A stretch of 64,000 nucleotides of DNA from Alphaproteobacteria bacterium (GCA_045633945.1 JAZQZH010000003.1:250-64249); one strand, 5' to 3'. Positions 1 through 9,279 are shown, counted from the first letter of the stretch. The notes: generated by a model from the sequence alone, not told the origin. Translations and numbers: made by a program.

Positions 1-1
1 A

Positions 2-157
2 GGAGCATATATAGGGCGCTTATCTGCAAATGGGGATGTACGTGGTTTAACTAATGGAAAAATAGGATATTTAAAAAGTAATGGTTCATATGTTAATACA
101 CGTAATAAAGTTTCAGGATATGTGATAGATGAAGTTGCACAAAATCGGAGGAAGTAA
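2..157 (+). CDS. 3' end of an upstream ORF truncated by the window edge; repeat protein of the same type as the N-terminal region of the following VirB10-like gene
   Basis: Frame starting at nt 2 reads GAYIGRLSANGDVRGLTNGKIGYLKSNGSYVNTRNKVSGYVIDEVAQNRRK, with stop TAA at 155-157. It shows the same 17-residue G-x-[ILV]...G-x-[IV] periodicity as the downstream repeats. It is absent from the ORF track because it has no start codon in the window. Confidence 0.55.
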   Translation, partial: GAYIGRLSANGDVRGLTNGKIGYLKSNGSYVNTRNKVSGYVIDEVAQNRRK

Positions 158-3100
158 TTTGTATAAAAAAATATCAAATTTCATAAAATTGTATTTCATT
201 GCATTGCTTGTAGCATTTAATAGTGGTATAGCTTTTGCTTCTGATATTAGTGCACTAAATTTTTATGGAGATTTGATTGGTAAAGTAATTCCGGATGGAA
301 CCGTTGTTAATTCAGAAAATGAAGTAATCGGGCGTATGAATGCCGATGGTTATGTCATTGATACTAAGGGGGGAATTATTGGAGGTATTGTTCCTCAAGG
401 CATAGCTATTTCAAATACTAACATTAAACTCGGTAAAGTTAATAACGATGGTACAGTAACTGGTCAAAATGATGTATTAGTAGGAAAAGTATTACCTAAT
501 GGTATTGTGGTAGACGATAACTATGAAATATTAGGATCAGTTATCGCCCCTGGTCTTGTATATAATGATTTAGGAATAATTGTTGGACGAGTTTCAGGAG
601 ATGGTGTTTTCTACAATTTATCCGGAGTTAGCTCTGGTTTTGTGGCCGCTAACGGGTTTGTATTTGGTACAGATAAAGATAATAAATTAGAGCTTGTTGG
701 TAAATTAATTTCAGCTAAAATAGTGACTTCTTTTATTGGTGATATGTTAGGAGGAGTAACTCCTGATGGAAAAGTGACAGATTTAAAAAAGCAAGTTATA
801 GGAAAAATTCATGCCAATGGATATGTTTATGATTCAAACGGAAAAATCATAGGAAGTTTAGTTAAGAGTGGATATGCATTTGACTTTAATGGGAATTACA
901 TGGGAGTGATTAGCTATAATGGTCATGTAGTTAGTAATGCTACAACAGTTGGTTATGCAATTGATAGCGATAGAGTTATAGATAAAAAAGGTGATGTGGT
1001 TGGTTTTAGTATTCCTTTTGACGCAACTGCAAATACAAAAGATGGTAGAATGCTTGGTTATATTATTCCAGGTGGGGAAATTATAAAAGGAAGAGATATT
1101 ATTGGTAAAGTAAATGCATCAGCAGATGTTGTTGATAGTTCAGGTAAAAAAATAGGCTCAATAAATGGGAATGGACCAATTTTTGATTTTCAAGGAAAAA
1201 TAAGAGCAAATGTAAGTGTAAACGGTGTTGTAACCACATTAGATGGAATACCCAAAGGATATATAGAAAAAAATATAGCATATAATTATGATGGAAACGA
1301 AGAAGGTAGAATACTTTCTTCAATGTTGATATTTGATAATACCAACCAATATATTGGAGTGAGTGGTATAAATAGTTTTATAGAACAAAAGGATAAAAAA
1401 TATACTATTTCTCCATATGGATACGTTTTTGATAGTAAAGGTGATAGCGTAGGACATTGTATATATAATGCAGGAATATATACCCCAGAAGGAAATATAC
1501 TAGCAAACACTACTGTTAATGCGCAAACAAATAAAGCATCATTGAATAAAGTAGGAAGACTAGATAGTACAGGTAATTTTATTGATGAAAATAATCAAAT
1601 ATTAGGAAGAATAATTAAAGATAGATATGCAACTAACTTTATGGGAGAAAGTATTGGCTTATTGAATCAAACAAATATTATTATAAATGAAAAAAATGAA
1701 AGAATAGCAAAAATTTTGCCAATAGGTGCTGTTGTAGAACTAAATGGTAACATAAAATATGATAATAGCGCTAAAAATTCATCATTGAATATGAGTATTA
1801 ATGGTGATTATATAGGACTTACTCTTAGTGATGGTAGTGTCGTAAAAGAAAATCAAACAGTAGGTCGTGTAGTATCAAATGGATATATTATAGATAATAT
1901 GGGGGCATTATATGGTGCAACAATACCATATGCTACTGCTGTTACATCAAGCTGTATACCTTTAGGTGTTGTATCAAGTGATGGTAGTGTTAGGAACTCT
2001 AAAAATGCATTCATTGGAAGAGTGCTTCCTAATGGACAGGTAATTGGTGATGACGATGAAATTATTGGATACATAATAGAGCCAAGTTCTGTCATTGGTG
2101 AAACAGGAAATATAATCGGTACAGAAAACTCTCATGGTGTCGTTTTAAATTATAAAGAGGAAAAACTTGGATGCCAAGATGCTTATGGCTTAGTTAGAAA
2201 TGCACAAAATGAAATAATAGGTAGAAAAAGTACTTATGCTACAATTATGAATTATGATAACAAAATCATAGGCTATACAAACATAAATGGTAAAGCCATA
2301 GATGCAAGCGGTGCAGAGTTTGCTGTTTATGATGTAAATGGTGATGTTAAATCAAATAATGGAGATGTATTAGGTTTACTATTCAATTATAAATTTGCAT
2401 TTGATGAGAATAATATATACATCGGAAGAATTAATTCTCAAGGTGATATTATTTCAGATAATGGAGATAATTTAGGTGAAGTAAAATATACAGGTGAAGT
2501 TATAACAAATGATGGTAAAAAAGGTTATGCGTTATATGATTTATATGCGTATAATAATGATGGAAATACGGTAGGATATATTACCAAAAATGGAAAGGTA
2601 TATAGTTTTAATGGCAATAACTTAGGATCTATTTCTAATGGTTTTGTTATAGATAAAAGAAAGAATATATTAGCTAGAGGAAATAGAGATTATTATATTC
2701 GAAATAATCAAAATAAAGCGATTGGTCACTTAAAGCTAGATGGTAGTGTTGTAAATAATAAAAATATAAAATTAGGCGTACTATCTTCAAAAACTGGTGA
2801 AATTATAGATGACAAAAATAATGTTATAGGTAATGCACATTATTTGCAATATTATACAGATAAAGAAGGTATTGCTGATGTTACAGAAGAAATAGAAAGC
2901 ATCACAGAAGAAACAACAAAAGAAGACAAAGCAAGTAATGAAAGTAAAAAAGAACAAGTAAAAAAAATTGATAAAACAACTTCAGAGAAGGTTGAAAGTG
3001 CACCTGTTAAAGAAGACGATAGAAAAAAAATAAATACAAAATTAAAACATAAAATTATTGGTATAGCAATAACTCCAGGTGGTAAATATATTGGAGATAT

Positions 3101-4427
3101 TTACCAAAATAGACAAGTAGTAGACGAAGAAGGAAACGTTGTTGCTAGAGCTAATAATAATGGTGAAGTTATTGATGAAAATGGTAATGTTGTAGGTGTT
3201 ATTCAAAAAGTAAAAGAGCCAGAAAGTGATAAAAAGGATAATAATTGGTGGAAAAAAATAGCAGAAGGTACAACAGTTTCTGCTTGGCGTAATGATAACA
3301 ATATTACAAACGTTGGGCCAGGTGGAGGAGTGGGACCAGGCGGAAGATATAATCCTCAAAGAGCTGCTATATTAAATCAGCTACATCAAGATAGACGGCA
3401 AAGTTTGTCTGGTTCTGTGATATCAAGTAATTATAGTGCAGAACAATATACAGGATGGCAAGATGATTGGGGAATTAATAAGCAAATTTCCACTTTAAGG
3501 GTTGATATGAGTAATGTTATAACTGCCGATAAGCCAATTCCTGCAGTGCTCGCTAGATCACTTGTTTCTATTGGTGGGGCGCCAATTACCGCAATAGTTG
3601 AGAGAAATATATATGGAGATCAGGGGCGCAATGTAATTATTCCAGCTGGAAGTAGAGTAATAGGTGGTTTGCAAGAAGTTGATACAAATAGTCGTTTTGA
3701 TGGTACAACTGGTGGTGTAAAAATTGAAATAACATGGGATAGAATTATAAGACCAGATGGCATATCATTTATGATTGGTTCATCTACAACAGGTGATGCT
3801 CAAGGTCGAGGTGGTGGTGCACTTGGTTATGTCGATGAGCAACTTGTTAAAAAGTATACACTTCCTCTCGTTGGAACCATGGTTACATCTGCTATTACAT
3901 ATATGATGGCAGCAGATGAAGAAAGCACAGGAGAGGTTGAAAACTCTAAACAACAGGCCGCATCAGATGCAAGACAAATGTTTATGGAAAAAATGGATGA
4001 AATTTTACAAGAAATTATAGAAAAGAAGAAAGAAATAGAGCCAGTAACATATGTTCCAGCCGGAACCCGTATTATTATTTATCCAATGGTTGATTTATGG
4101 TTAAGAAGTACCAAAAATATTGAAAAGGGAGAGGGAGCAGAACCGCTTGTAGGTTCAAGTTCTCAATTAGTAACATCAACAGGATCAGAAGAGTCAGGTC
4201 CAACAAATGTTAGTAGCAATCAGTCGCAATCAACAGTAAACGGCAATAGCCAAAACGCCTCAGCAGGAACAAATAATCCACCGTTGGTAAGTAATGACGG
4301 TAGTCAACCACAAGGACAACAGCAAGTTGTAAGAAGAGCATTACCTCCTCCTTCTGCAGATGGGTCTAATATTATAATGCCAGAAGAAGATGAGGATGAT
4401 AGTGGCGAAATAGATTTATCATTCTAA
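129..4427 (+). CDS. virB10: Giant VirB10/TrbI-family type IV secretion protein with an N-terminal membrane anchor, a ~870-aa tandem repeat region and a C-terminal S/N/Q-rich tail
   Basis: The C-terminal core PIPAVLARSLVSIGGAPITAIVERNIYGDQGRNVIIPAGSRVIGG...KIEITWDRIIRPDGISF...GALGYVDEQL...AGTRIIIYPMVDLWL matches the VirB10/TrbI barrel pattern. The hydrophobic anchor is FIKLYFIALLVAFNSGIAFA. An alternative start is TTG at 159, 7 nt after GGAGG (147-151) and directly after the upstream stop. Confidence 0.8.
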   Translation: MKLHKIGGSNLYKKISNFIKLYFIALLVAFNSGIAFASDISALNFYGDLIGKVIPDGTVVNSENEVIGRMNADGYVIDTKGGIIGGIVPQGIAISNTNIKLGKVNNDGTVTGQNDVLVGKVLPNGIVVDDNYEILGSVIAPGLVYNDLGIIVGRVSGDGVFYNLSGVSSGFVAANGFVFGTDKDNKLELVGKLISAKIVTSFIGDMLGGVTPDGKVTDLKKQVIGKIHANGYVYDSNGKIIGSLVKSGYAFDFNGNYMGVISYNGHVVSNATTVGYAIDSDRVIDKKGDVVGFSIPFDATANTKDGRMLGYIIPGGEIIKGRDIIGKVNASADVVDSSGKKIGSINGNGPIFDFQGKIRANVSVNGVVTTLDGIPKGYIEKNIAYNYDGNEEGRILSSMLIFDNTNQYIGVSGINSFIEQKDKKYTISPYGYVFDSKGDSVGHCIYNAGIYTPEGNILANTTVNAQTNKASLNKVGRLDSTGNFIDENNQILGRIIKDRYATNFMGESIGLLNQTNIIINEKNERIAKILPIGAVVELNGNIKYDNSAKNSSLNMSINGDYIGLTLSDGSVVKENQTVGRVVSNGYIIDNMGALYGATIPYATAVTSSCIPLGVVSSDGSVRNSKNAFIGRVLPNGQVIGDDDEIIGYIIEPSSVIGETGNIIGTENSHGVVLNYKEEKLGCQDAYGLVRNAQNEIIGRKSTYATIMNYDNKIIGYTNINGKAIDASGAEFAVYDVNGDVKSNNGDVLGLLFNYKFAFDENNIYIGRINSQGDIISDNGDNLGEVKYTGEVITNDGKKGYALYDLYAYNNDGNTVGYITKNGKVYSFNGNNLGSISNGFVIDKRKNILARGNRDYYIRNNQNKAIGHLKLDGSVVNNKNIKLGVLSSKTGEIIDDKNNVIGNAHYLQYYTDKEGIADVTEEIESITEETTKEDKASNESKKEQVKKIDKTTSEKVESAPVKEDDRKKINTKLKHKIIGIAITPGGKYIGDIYQNRQVVDEEGNVVARANNNGEVIDENGNVVGVIQKVKEPESDKKDNNWWKKIAEGTTVSAWRNDNNITNVGPGGGVGPGGRYNPQRAAILNQLHQDRRQSLSGSVISSNYSAEQYTGWQDDWGINKQISTLRVDMSNVITADKPIPAVLARSLVSIGGAPITAIVERNIYGDQGRNVIIPAGSRVIGGLQEVDTNSRFDGTTGGVKIEITWDRIIRPDGISFMIGSSTTGDAQGRGGGALGYVDEQLVKKYTLPLVGTMVTSAITYMMAADEESTGEVENSKQQAASDARQMFMEKMDEILQEIIEKKKEIEPVTYVPAGTRIIIYPMVDLWLRSTKNIEKGEGAEPLVGSSSQLVTSTGSEESGPTNVSSNQSQSTVNGNSQNASAGTNNPPLVSNDGSQPQGQQQVVRRALPPPSADGSNIIMPEEDEDDSGEIDLSF
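258..2868 (+). repeat. About 50 tandem copies of a degenerate 17-residue repeat (protein level) inside the VirB10-like ORF
   Basis: Consecutive units include IGRMNADGYVIDTKGGI, IGGIVPQGIAISNTNIK, LGKVNNDGTVTGQNDVL, VGKVLPNGIVVDDNYEI, IGKIHANGYVYDSNGKI and IGSLVKSGYAFDFNGNY. Three more units lie at nt ~3050-3210. Confidence 0.7.
3480..4110 (+). other. VirB10/TrbI core (beta-barrel) domain segment of the giant ORF
   Basis: Boundaries were set by eye from the conserved VirB10-type motifs listed for the CDS. Confidence 0.65.
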
Positions 4428-4453
4428 GGGTGTCAAAATATTAATTAAGGGGA

Positions 4454-5446
4454 TTGATAGTGAAAAACGAAGATAAAGTACTCTGTTCAATTTTAAGACC
4501 ACTTGCTTATTGGTATGAACAAGAAAATATTGAAGAGGTTGCTATCAATCAACCGGGGGAAATATGGTTGCGCTTAAGAGGAAAAAGAGCTTTTCCTTGG
4601 GTTTGTTATAAAGATCCTAAACTTACATGGGAATATTTAGAAAATTTGCTTTATATTATTGCAAACCTCAATGACCAAGAGTTTGATCCAATAAATGGAG
4701 TTCCTACAGTGTATACAGATATTCCAGGGGGGCACCGTTTTACAGGTGTAACAGGTCGAAATATCAGGTATGGTTTTGAAGATAAAGAAGGTATTGCTAT
4801 TTCTATACGTTTATATTCAGAAGACATCGCATTTGGATTTGGTGACTATGGTTTAGAGCAAGGAAAACAATTAAAAGATATAAATCCTCTTAAAAATATA
4901 AAAGATCCATCTGATGCATATGAACGGTTGCTACTCGCTCTACGAAGAGGGGATCACATATTAGTAAGCGGTGGTACAGGTACAGGTAAAACAACGTTTC
5001 TAAATAATTTATTACAACTGTTAGATATACATAAAAGAGTTGTAACTTTGGAGGATACAAGAGAGTTAAAAGTTCCTCATCCTAATCGTGTCCACATTGT
5101 TCTGTCTCGTGTTAAAGGCAGTAAAAATAAAGATACGGAAGGAATGAGTGATGCTGATGCTATAGACCTTATCAAACGTATTACCCCTGATGCTATTATA
5201 GGTGGTGAGATTTCAAATAAAAATGCTGCAGCAATTTGGGCTTTAATGGGTTCTGGTCATGATAACTGTATGGCGACCATACACGCAGAAAGTCCTGATG
5301 CTGCATATGAAGCATTTATTAAGTGTATAATGGAGCAATCACCTCATATAAATGTAGAGAAAACAATGCAAGAAATGCATCGTAAACTACATGTTGTGCA
5401 AATAGTTCGAGATGGTAATATTAGAGGTATAACAGCAATAACTTAA
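4454..5446 (+). CDS. virB11: VirB11-family type IV secretion ATPase
   Basis: Walker A motif VSGGTGTGKTTFLNNLL, followed by RVVTLEDTRELKVPHPN and IGGEISNKNAAAIWALMGSGHDNCMATIHA, typical of VirB11/traffic ATPases. TTG start is preceded by AAGGGGA. It sits directly downstream of virB10. Confidence 0.85.
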   Translation: MIVKNEDKVLCSILRPLAYWYEQENIEEVAINQPGEIWLRLRGKRAFPWVCYKDPKLTWEYLENLLYIIANLNDQEFDPINGVPTVYTDIPGGHRFTGVTGRNIRYGFEDKEGIAISIRLYSEDIAFGFGDYGLEQGKQLKDINPLKNIKDPSDAYERLLLALRRGDHILVSGGTGTGKTTFLNNLLQLLDIHKRVVTLEDTRELKVPHPNRVHIVLSRVKGSKNKDTEGMSDADAIDLIKRITPDAIIGGEISNKNAAAIWALMGSGHDNCMATIHAESPDAAYEAFIKCIMEQSPHINVEKTMQEMHRKLHVVQIVRDGNIRGITAIT

Positions 5447-6075
5447 ATGAAGTCGCAAACTTCTGCTTTTATATCATCAATGCCTATATTTTTCTCAGAA
5501 CTAGTTGCTATAATTTCAACATATGCAGCAGTATGTTTTTCAATAATTGCTTTCGTATCTTTAATTATTTTATATAGAGACGATGCGCTTATTTTATCAA
5601 TCTTTGTTAGAATAATTTGATAGTTAACTGCAGCAGTATCTAACATCTCCATAATTTCTTCATCAATCTTTTTTATACCATGCCTAGAATCAATCAGTAA
5701 AAATACTCGTCTCAATGTTGCTCGACCAATAAGATATGTTTTTATAAGATGCTGCCAGTTTTTTACAATATCTTTTGGAGCTTTAGCAAAGCCATAACCA
5801 GGTAGATCTACTAAATAAACCTGATTATTCAAGTTAAAATAGTTTAACTGCTGAGTTCTACCAGGAGTTGATGAAGTTTTTGCTAGTTTACGTTGACCGA
5901 AAAGTGCATTTATCAAACTAGATTTTCCAACATTTGATCTGCCTGCAAACGCAACCTCAACTCTATCATCTAAAGGCAATTGTTTTAGAGAGGCAACGCT
6001 TAATACAAAATCACAGTGTTTATTAAAAAGATCTTTACCTCTTTTAATACGTTCTTGATAAACCTCATTATCCAT
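5443..6075 (-). CDS. engB: Ribosome biogenesis GTP-binding protein EngB/YihA
   Basis: G1 motif GRSNVGKSSLINAL, then PGRTQ and DLPGYG motifs. It lies in the conserved position downstream of yidC. Confidence 0.9.
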   Translation of the reverse strand: MDNEVYQERIKRGKDLFNKHCDFVLSVASLKQLPLDDRVEVAFAGRSNVGKSSLINALFGQRKLAKTSSTPGRTQQLNYFNLNNQVYLVDLPGYGFAKAPKDIVKNWQHLIKTYLIGRATLRRVFLLIDSRHGIKKIDEEIMEMLDTAAVNYQIILTKIDKISASSLYKIIKDTKAIIEKHTAAYVEIIATSSEKNIGIDDIKAEVCDFI

Positions 6076-7751
6076 TATTTTACTCCATTTTTATGCATGA
6101 TAACTTTTTGTTGAATAATAGATAAAAGGTTGCTTAAAGTCCAGTAAATAACCAAACCAGAAGCAAAGTGTCCTAACATAAATGTAAAGAATACAGGCAT
6201 TAATGTAAGCATTTTTGCTTGCTCATTGTTTGTTGGAGCTGGGTTAAGTTTTTGTTGTACCCACATAGTTATTCCCATGAAAATTGGCCATAAACCAATA
6301 TCTATAAAAGATGGAAGTGGGATGTGTAACATATGAGACAATGTAAGAGGATCTGGAGCTGTTAAATCTTTAATCCAACCAACAAATGGTGCATGTCTAA
6401 TTTCAATTGCAATATTTAATACCTTATATAAGGAGAAAAATACAGGTATCTGAATAAGCATAGGTAAGCAGCCTGATGCAGGATTTATTTTCTCTTTCTT
6501 ATATAGCTCCATTGTTGCTTGTTGTATTAGCATATTATTGTTGCCATACTTTTCTTTTATTTCTAAAATTTTAGGTTGTATAGCTTTCATTTTAGCCATA
6601 TTAACAAACGATTTATTTGCAACAGGGAACATTAATAAGCGCAACAATGCTGCAAATAAAAGAATTGCCCATCCCATATTTCCTAATAAACAATATAAAG
6701 CATCAAGAATATAAAAGAATGGCTTAGTTAAGAAATAATACCAACCAAAATCAACGGCCAAATCAAATTTATGAATATGATCTTTTTTAGTATATTTATC
6801 TAAAAGTTTTATTTCCTTTGCTCCTGAGAATAATTTATAGGTATAGGAAGTGGCTTCTCCATTTGCAATAATTTTGCGTTCACCCAGATAATCAATTTGA
6901 TAGTTGTTATTATTGTTATTTTTTAAGGTTATTTTATTTTTCTCACCTTTGGGCGTTATTAACGCGGAAAACCAATAGCGATCAGAAAAACCGACCCATC
7001 CCTCTTTAGTGTCAAAACTTTCACTGTCGCCGGCATCAATATCTGAATATTTAAATTCTTTGAGAGTGCTATCAATAAGAGTGCTCATGCCTTCATGTAC
7101 AACAGAGCGTGTTTGTTCTTTATTATTAATATTCCTACTAATTAAGGCATAAGGGAAAACCTCAATATCTTCACCAGATAAATTTTCAACAGTATCAGTA
7201 ATAGTAAATAAATAATTTTCATCTAAAGATATTTTTCTAATAAATTTCAACCCACTACCATTATCCCATGTCAAAACAGCTGGTTTATCATTAGATACTA
7301 AATTGTCTTTAGTTTCCCATAAGGTATCAGAAGAAGGGAGTTTTATGCTAGAATCAAGAGATAACCATCCTAATTCTGCAAAATAAGAGCTTTTAGTTTT
7401 ACCAGGGGCTAAAAGTTCTACTTTGTTTGTGTTGTTATCGATTGATTTATTATATCTTTCTAACATTAAATTATCAAAACGAGAGCCATTTAAACGAATA
7501 GTACCTGAAATAGCATCATTTTTAAAAGAGATTCTAGCGCTATTTTTTATAACATCTCTTGTTTCTTCAATAGCATCATTTTTTTCAATTACATCTACAG
7601 AAGCTTTATTGAGAGCATCTTGCGCTTGGTTTATTTTCAACTCTTGCTCAGCTAATTGTATTTTGTTAGGATTAAAAAAGTAATTTACTGTATATATTAC
7701 AACAAAAGAAAGCAAAACTGCTATTGATAAACTTCTTAAATCTTCTTTCAT
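6075..7751 (-). CDS. yidC: Membrane protein insertase YidC
   Basis: 558 aa with an N-terminal TM, a large periplasmic domain and the C-terminal 60-kDa insertase core (GWAILLFAALLRLLMFP...GCLPMLIQIPVFFSLY). Synteny is rnpA-yidD-yidC. Confidence 0.9.
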   Translation of the reverse strand: MKEDLRSLSIAVLLSFVVIYTVNYFFNPNKIQLAEQELKINQAQDALNKASVDVIEKNDAIEETRDVIKNSARISFKNDAISGTIRLNGSRFDNLMLERYNKSIDNNTNKVELLAPGKTKSSYFAELGWLSLDSSIKLPSSDTLWETKDNLVSNDKPAVLTWDNGSGLKFIRKISLDENYLFTITDTVENLSGEDIEVFPYALISRNINNKEQTRSVVHEGMSTLIDSTLKEFKYSDIDAGDSESFDTKEGWVGFSDRYWFSALITPKGEKNKITLKNNNNNNYQIDYLGERKIIANGEATSYTYKLFSGAKEIKLLDKYTKKDHIHKFDLAVDFGWYYFLTKPFFYILDALYCLLGNMGWAILLFAALLRLLMFPVANKSFVNMAKMKAIQPKILEIKEKYGNNNMLIQQATMELYKKEKINPASGCLPMLIQIPVFFSLYKVLNIAIEIRHAPFVGWIKDLTAPDPLTLSHMLHIPLPSFIDIGLWPIFMGITMWVQQKLNPAPTNNEQAKMLTLMPVFFTFMLGHFASGLVIYWTLSNLLSIIQQKVIMHKNGVK

Positions 7752-7827
7752 TTTTTATGTTACTCCCAATATTTTTCTGAATAAATAGCATTGTTTGTAT
7801 AATACAAAAAACCAATATTGTAAAGAG

Positions 7828-8097
7828 CTAAGGCTGTTTAATACTTGGTTTATTTTTCTTTGATTTAGGAACAGGATCGTATCCTGATGGGCCTAAAGGA
7901 TTACATTTGCAAATACGTATAAATCCCAAATATACCCCTTTGATAATTCCGTGTTCGTTAATGGCTTCGATCATGTATTCTGAACAACTTGGTTGAAATC
8001 TACATGCGTTAGGCAATAAAGGAGAGATATATCTTTTATACAAAAATAAAACACGTATGATGGTGCTTTTGATTATACGATAAAAAAAAGAATACAT
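7828..8097 (-). CDS. yidD: Membrane protein insertion efficiency factor YidD
   Basis: Motif YKRYISPLLPNACRFQPSCSEY...GPSGYDPVP. It lies between rnpA and yidC. Confidence 0.85.
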   Translation of the reverse strand: MYSFFYRIIKSTIIRVLFLYKRYISPLLPNACRFQPSCSEYMIEAINEHGIIKGVYLGFIRICKCNPLGPSGYDPVPKSKKNKPSIKQP

Positions 8098-8102
8098 GCT
8101 TG

Positions 8103-8480
8103 TTATTCCTGATCGCTAGATGGGGTTGTGTTATTGGAAGTGAAATTCTTATTTATGCGTTTTATTGCGTATAATGTGTCCTTTTTTAATTCCTTATAGT
8201 CGCAAGTTGCTGTAGAATTTCTAGCAATAAAAATATAATCAACATTTGGTATGGCATAAGTTTCTAAAACTTCTCTAACTACAGCCCTTAACCTTCTTTT
8301 ACTGCGTGCACGTATAACTGCGTTTCCAATCTTTTTTGTTGCAGTATATCCAACCATGATGTCTTCATGATTGCATAAACTGTGAGCCGCCTGCAATACC
8401 ATGTTGTGTGTTGCAACATGGTACTCCTTAGCGACTCTCAGAAAATCTTTCCTTTTTTTGAAAGTAAATATTTTTGTCAT
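8103..8480 (-). CDS. rnpA: Ribonuclease P protein component
   Basis: 125-aa basic protein (FLRV...GYTATKKIGNAVIRARSKRRLR) immediately downstream of rpmH. Confidence 0.85.
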   Translation of the reverse strand: MTKIFTFKKRKDFLRVAKEYHVATHNMVLQAAHSLCNHEDIMVGYTATKKIGNAVIRARSKRRLRAVVREVLETYAIPNVDYIFIARNSTATCDYKELKKDTLYAIKRINKNFTSNNTTPSSDQE

Positions 8481-8491
8481 TATGCTTCTAT

Positions 8492-8626
8492 TTAAGCAGA
8501 AAGTCTTTTGCGTCCTCTAGCACGACGTGCAGACAAAACTTTACGACCTCCAGCTGTTGCCATGCGTGTGCGAAAACCATGGCGACGAGCCCTTACCAAT
8601 TTACTTGGTTGATATGTGCGTTTCAT
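8492..8626 (-). CDS. rpmH: 50S ribosomal protein L34 (below the ORF-track size cutoff)
   Basis: The reverse strand translates to [44 protein letters not shown] (44 aa), the canonical L34 sequence. Confidence 0.92.
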   Translation of the reverse strand: MKRTYQPSKLVRARRHGFRTRMATAGGRKVLSARRARGRKRLSA

Positions 8627-8813
8627 TATAAAATCTCCGGTTATTTAATTAGTTATTTAAAAACGATAAAGTATATCGCTTCTCGGTTACATGATGTTTA
8701 TAAAATCAAATATTAAATAAGTCAATTATTTTTTTAAGTGTAATAAATTGCTTGAAAAATAAAAAAAATATGATATAAGTAAATCAGCTAACTTGGAGGT
8801 TTGTATATTTGCA

Positions 8814-9167
8814 ATGATAATAGATAGCAAAAATGAAACTCAAAAGAGTATTCTAACAAATAAATGTTTTTATCAGACTACTGTTCAAATTATGCATGAA
8901 TTTGAACGTAAGGGGTATGTTAACTCTGCTGATGAAACAGCTAAAGTTATTGCAGCATATCATAATCTTGTTCAAAAAAAATCTAAAAATACATTCAATA
9001 AAGATTATAACGAAGCATTTAAAAAAATTGATGATGCTATAAAGGGATTGGCAAATAAGGTATTTTATAGTGAGACGCAAAGTTTAGATAGTGCATATAA
9101 ATCATTTGCAAAATTCGATTATATTAAAGCAATTATCGGAAGACAAAGAGTGAAGAAAAAAAGTTAA
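8814..9167 (+). CDS. Hypothetical protein
   Basis: Open frame with GGAGG at 8794-8798. The track start at 8793 is TTG, and ATG 8814 is in frame. No recognisable motifs. Confidence 0.4.
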   Translation: MIIDSKNETQKSILTNKCFYQTTVQIMHEFERKGYVNSADETAKVIAAYHNLVQKKSKNTFNKDYNEAFKKIDDAIKGLANKVFYSETQSLDSAYKSFAKFDYIKAIIGRQRVKKKS

Positions 9168-9279
9168 TCTTTGTAAAATGAAGTGATCCCTTGTTGATTT
9201 CTTAAAAACATGGTTTGCAAAAGCATAATTTTTGTGACAATGTTTAGCCATAGTTTAAATAAATAAAAGGATGGTTACT

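Noticed and set aside
1099-3359. Several 74-105-aa minus-strand ORFs inside virB10, and similar antisense ORFs inside yidC, dnaN, dnaA, mfd, recG, mutM, rsmI, dnaX and the VirB6-like genes
   Set aside because: All lie fully inside much longer, well supported genes on the other strand. They are typical shadow ORFs of an AT-rich genome.
6895-6925. Asn-run (NNNNNN) coding repeat in the yidC periplasmic domain
   Set aside because: It is a simple AAT/AAC low-complexity insertion typical of AT-rich genomes, not a structured repeat or regulatory element.
8474-8716. 80-aa plus-strand ORF
   Set aside because: It is antisense to rpmH, whose 44-aa product is an exact-looking L34. The plus-strand translation has no features.
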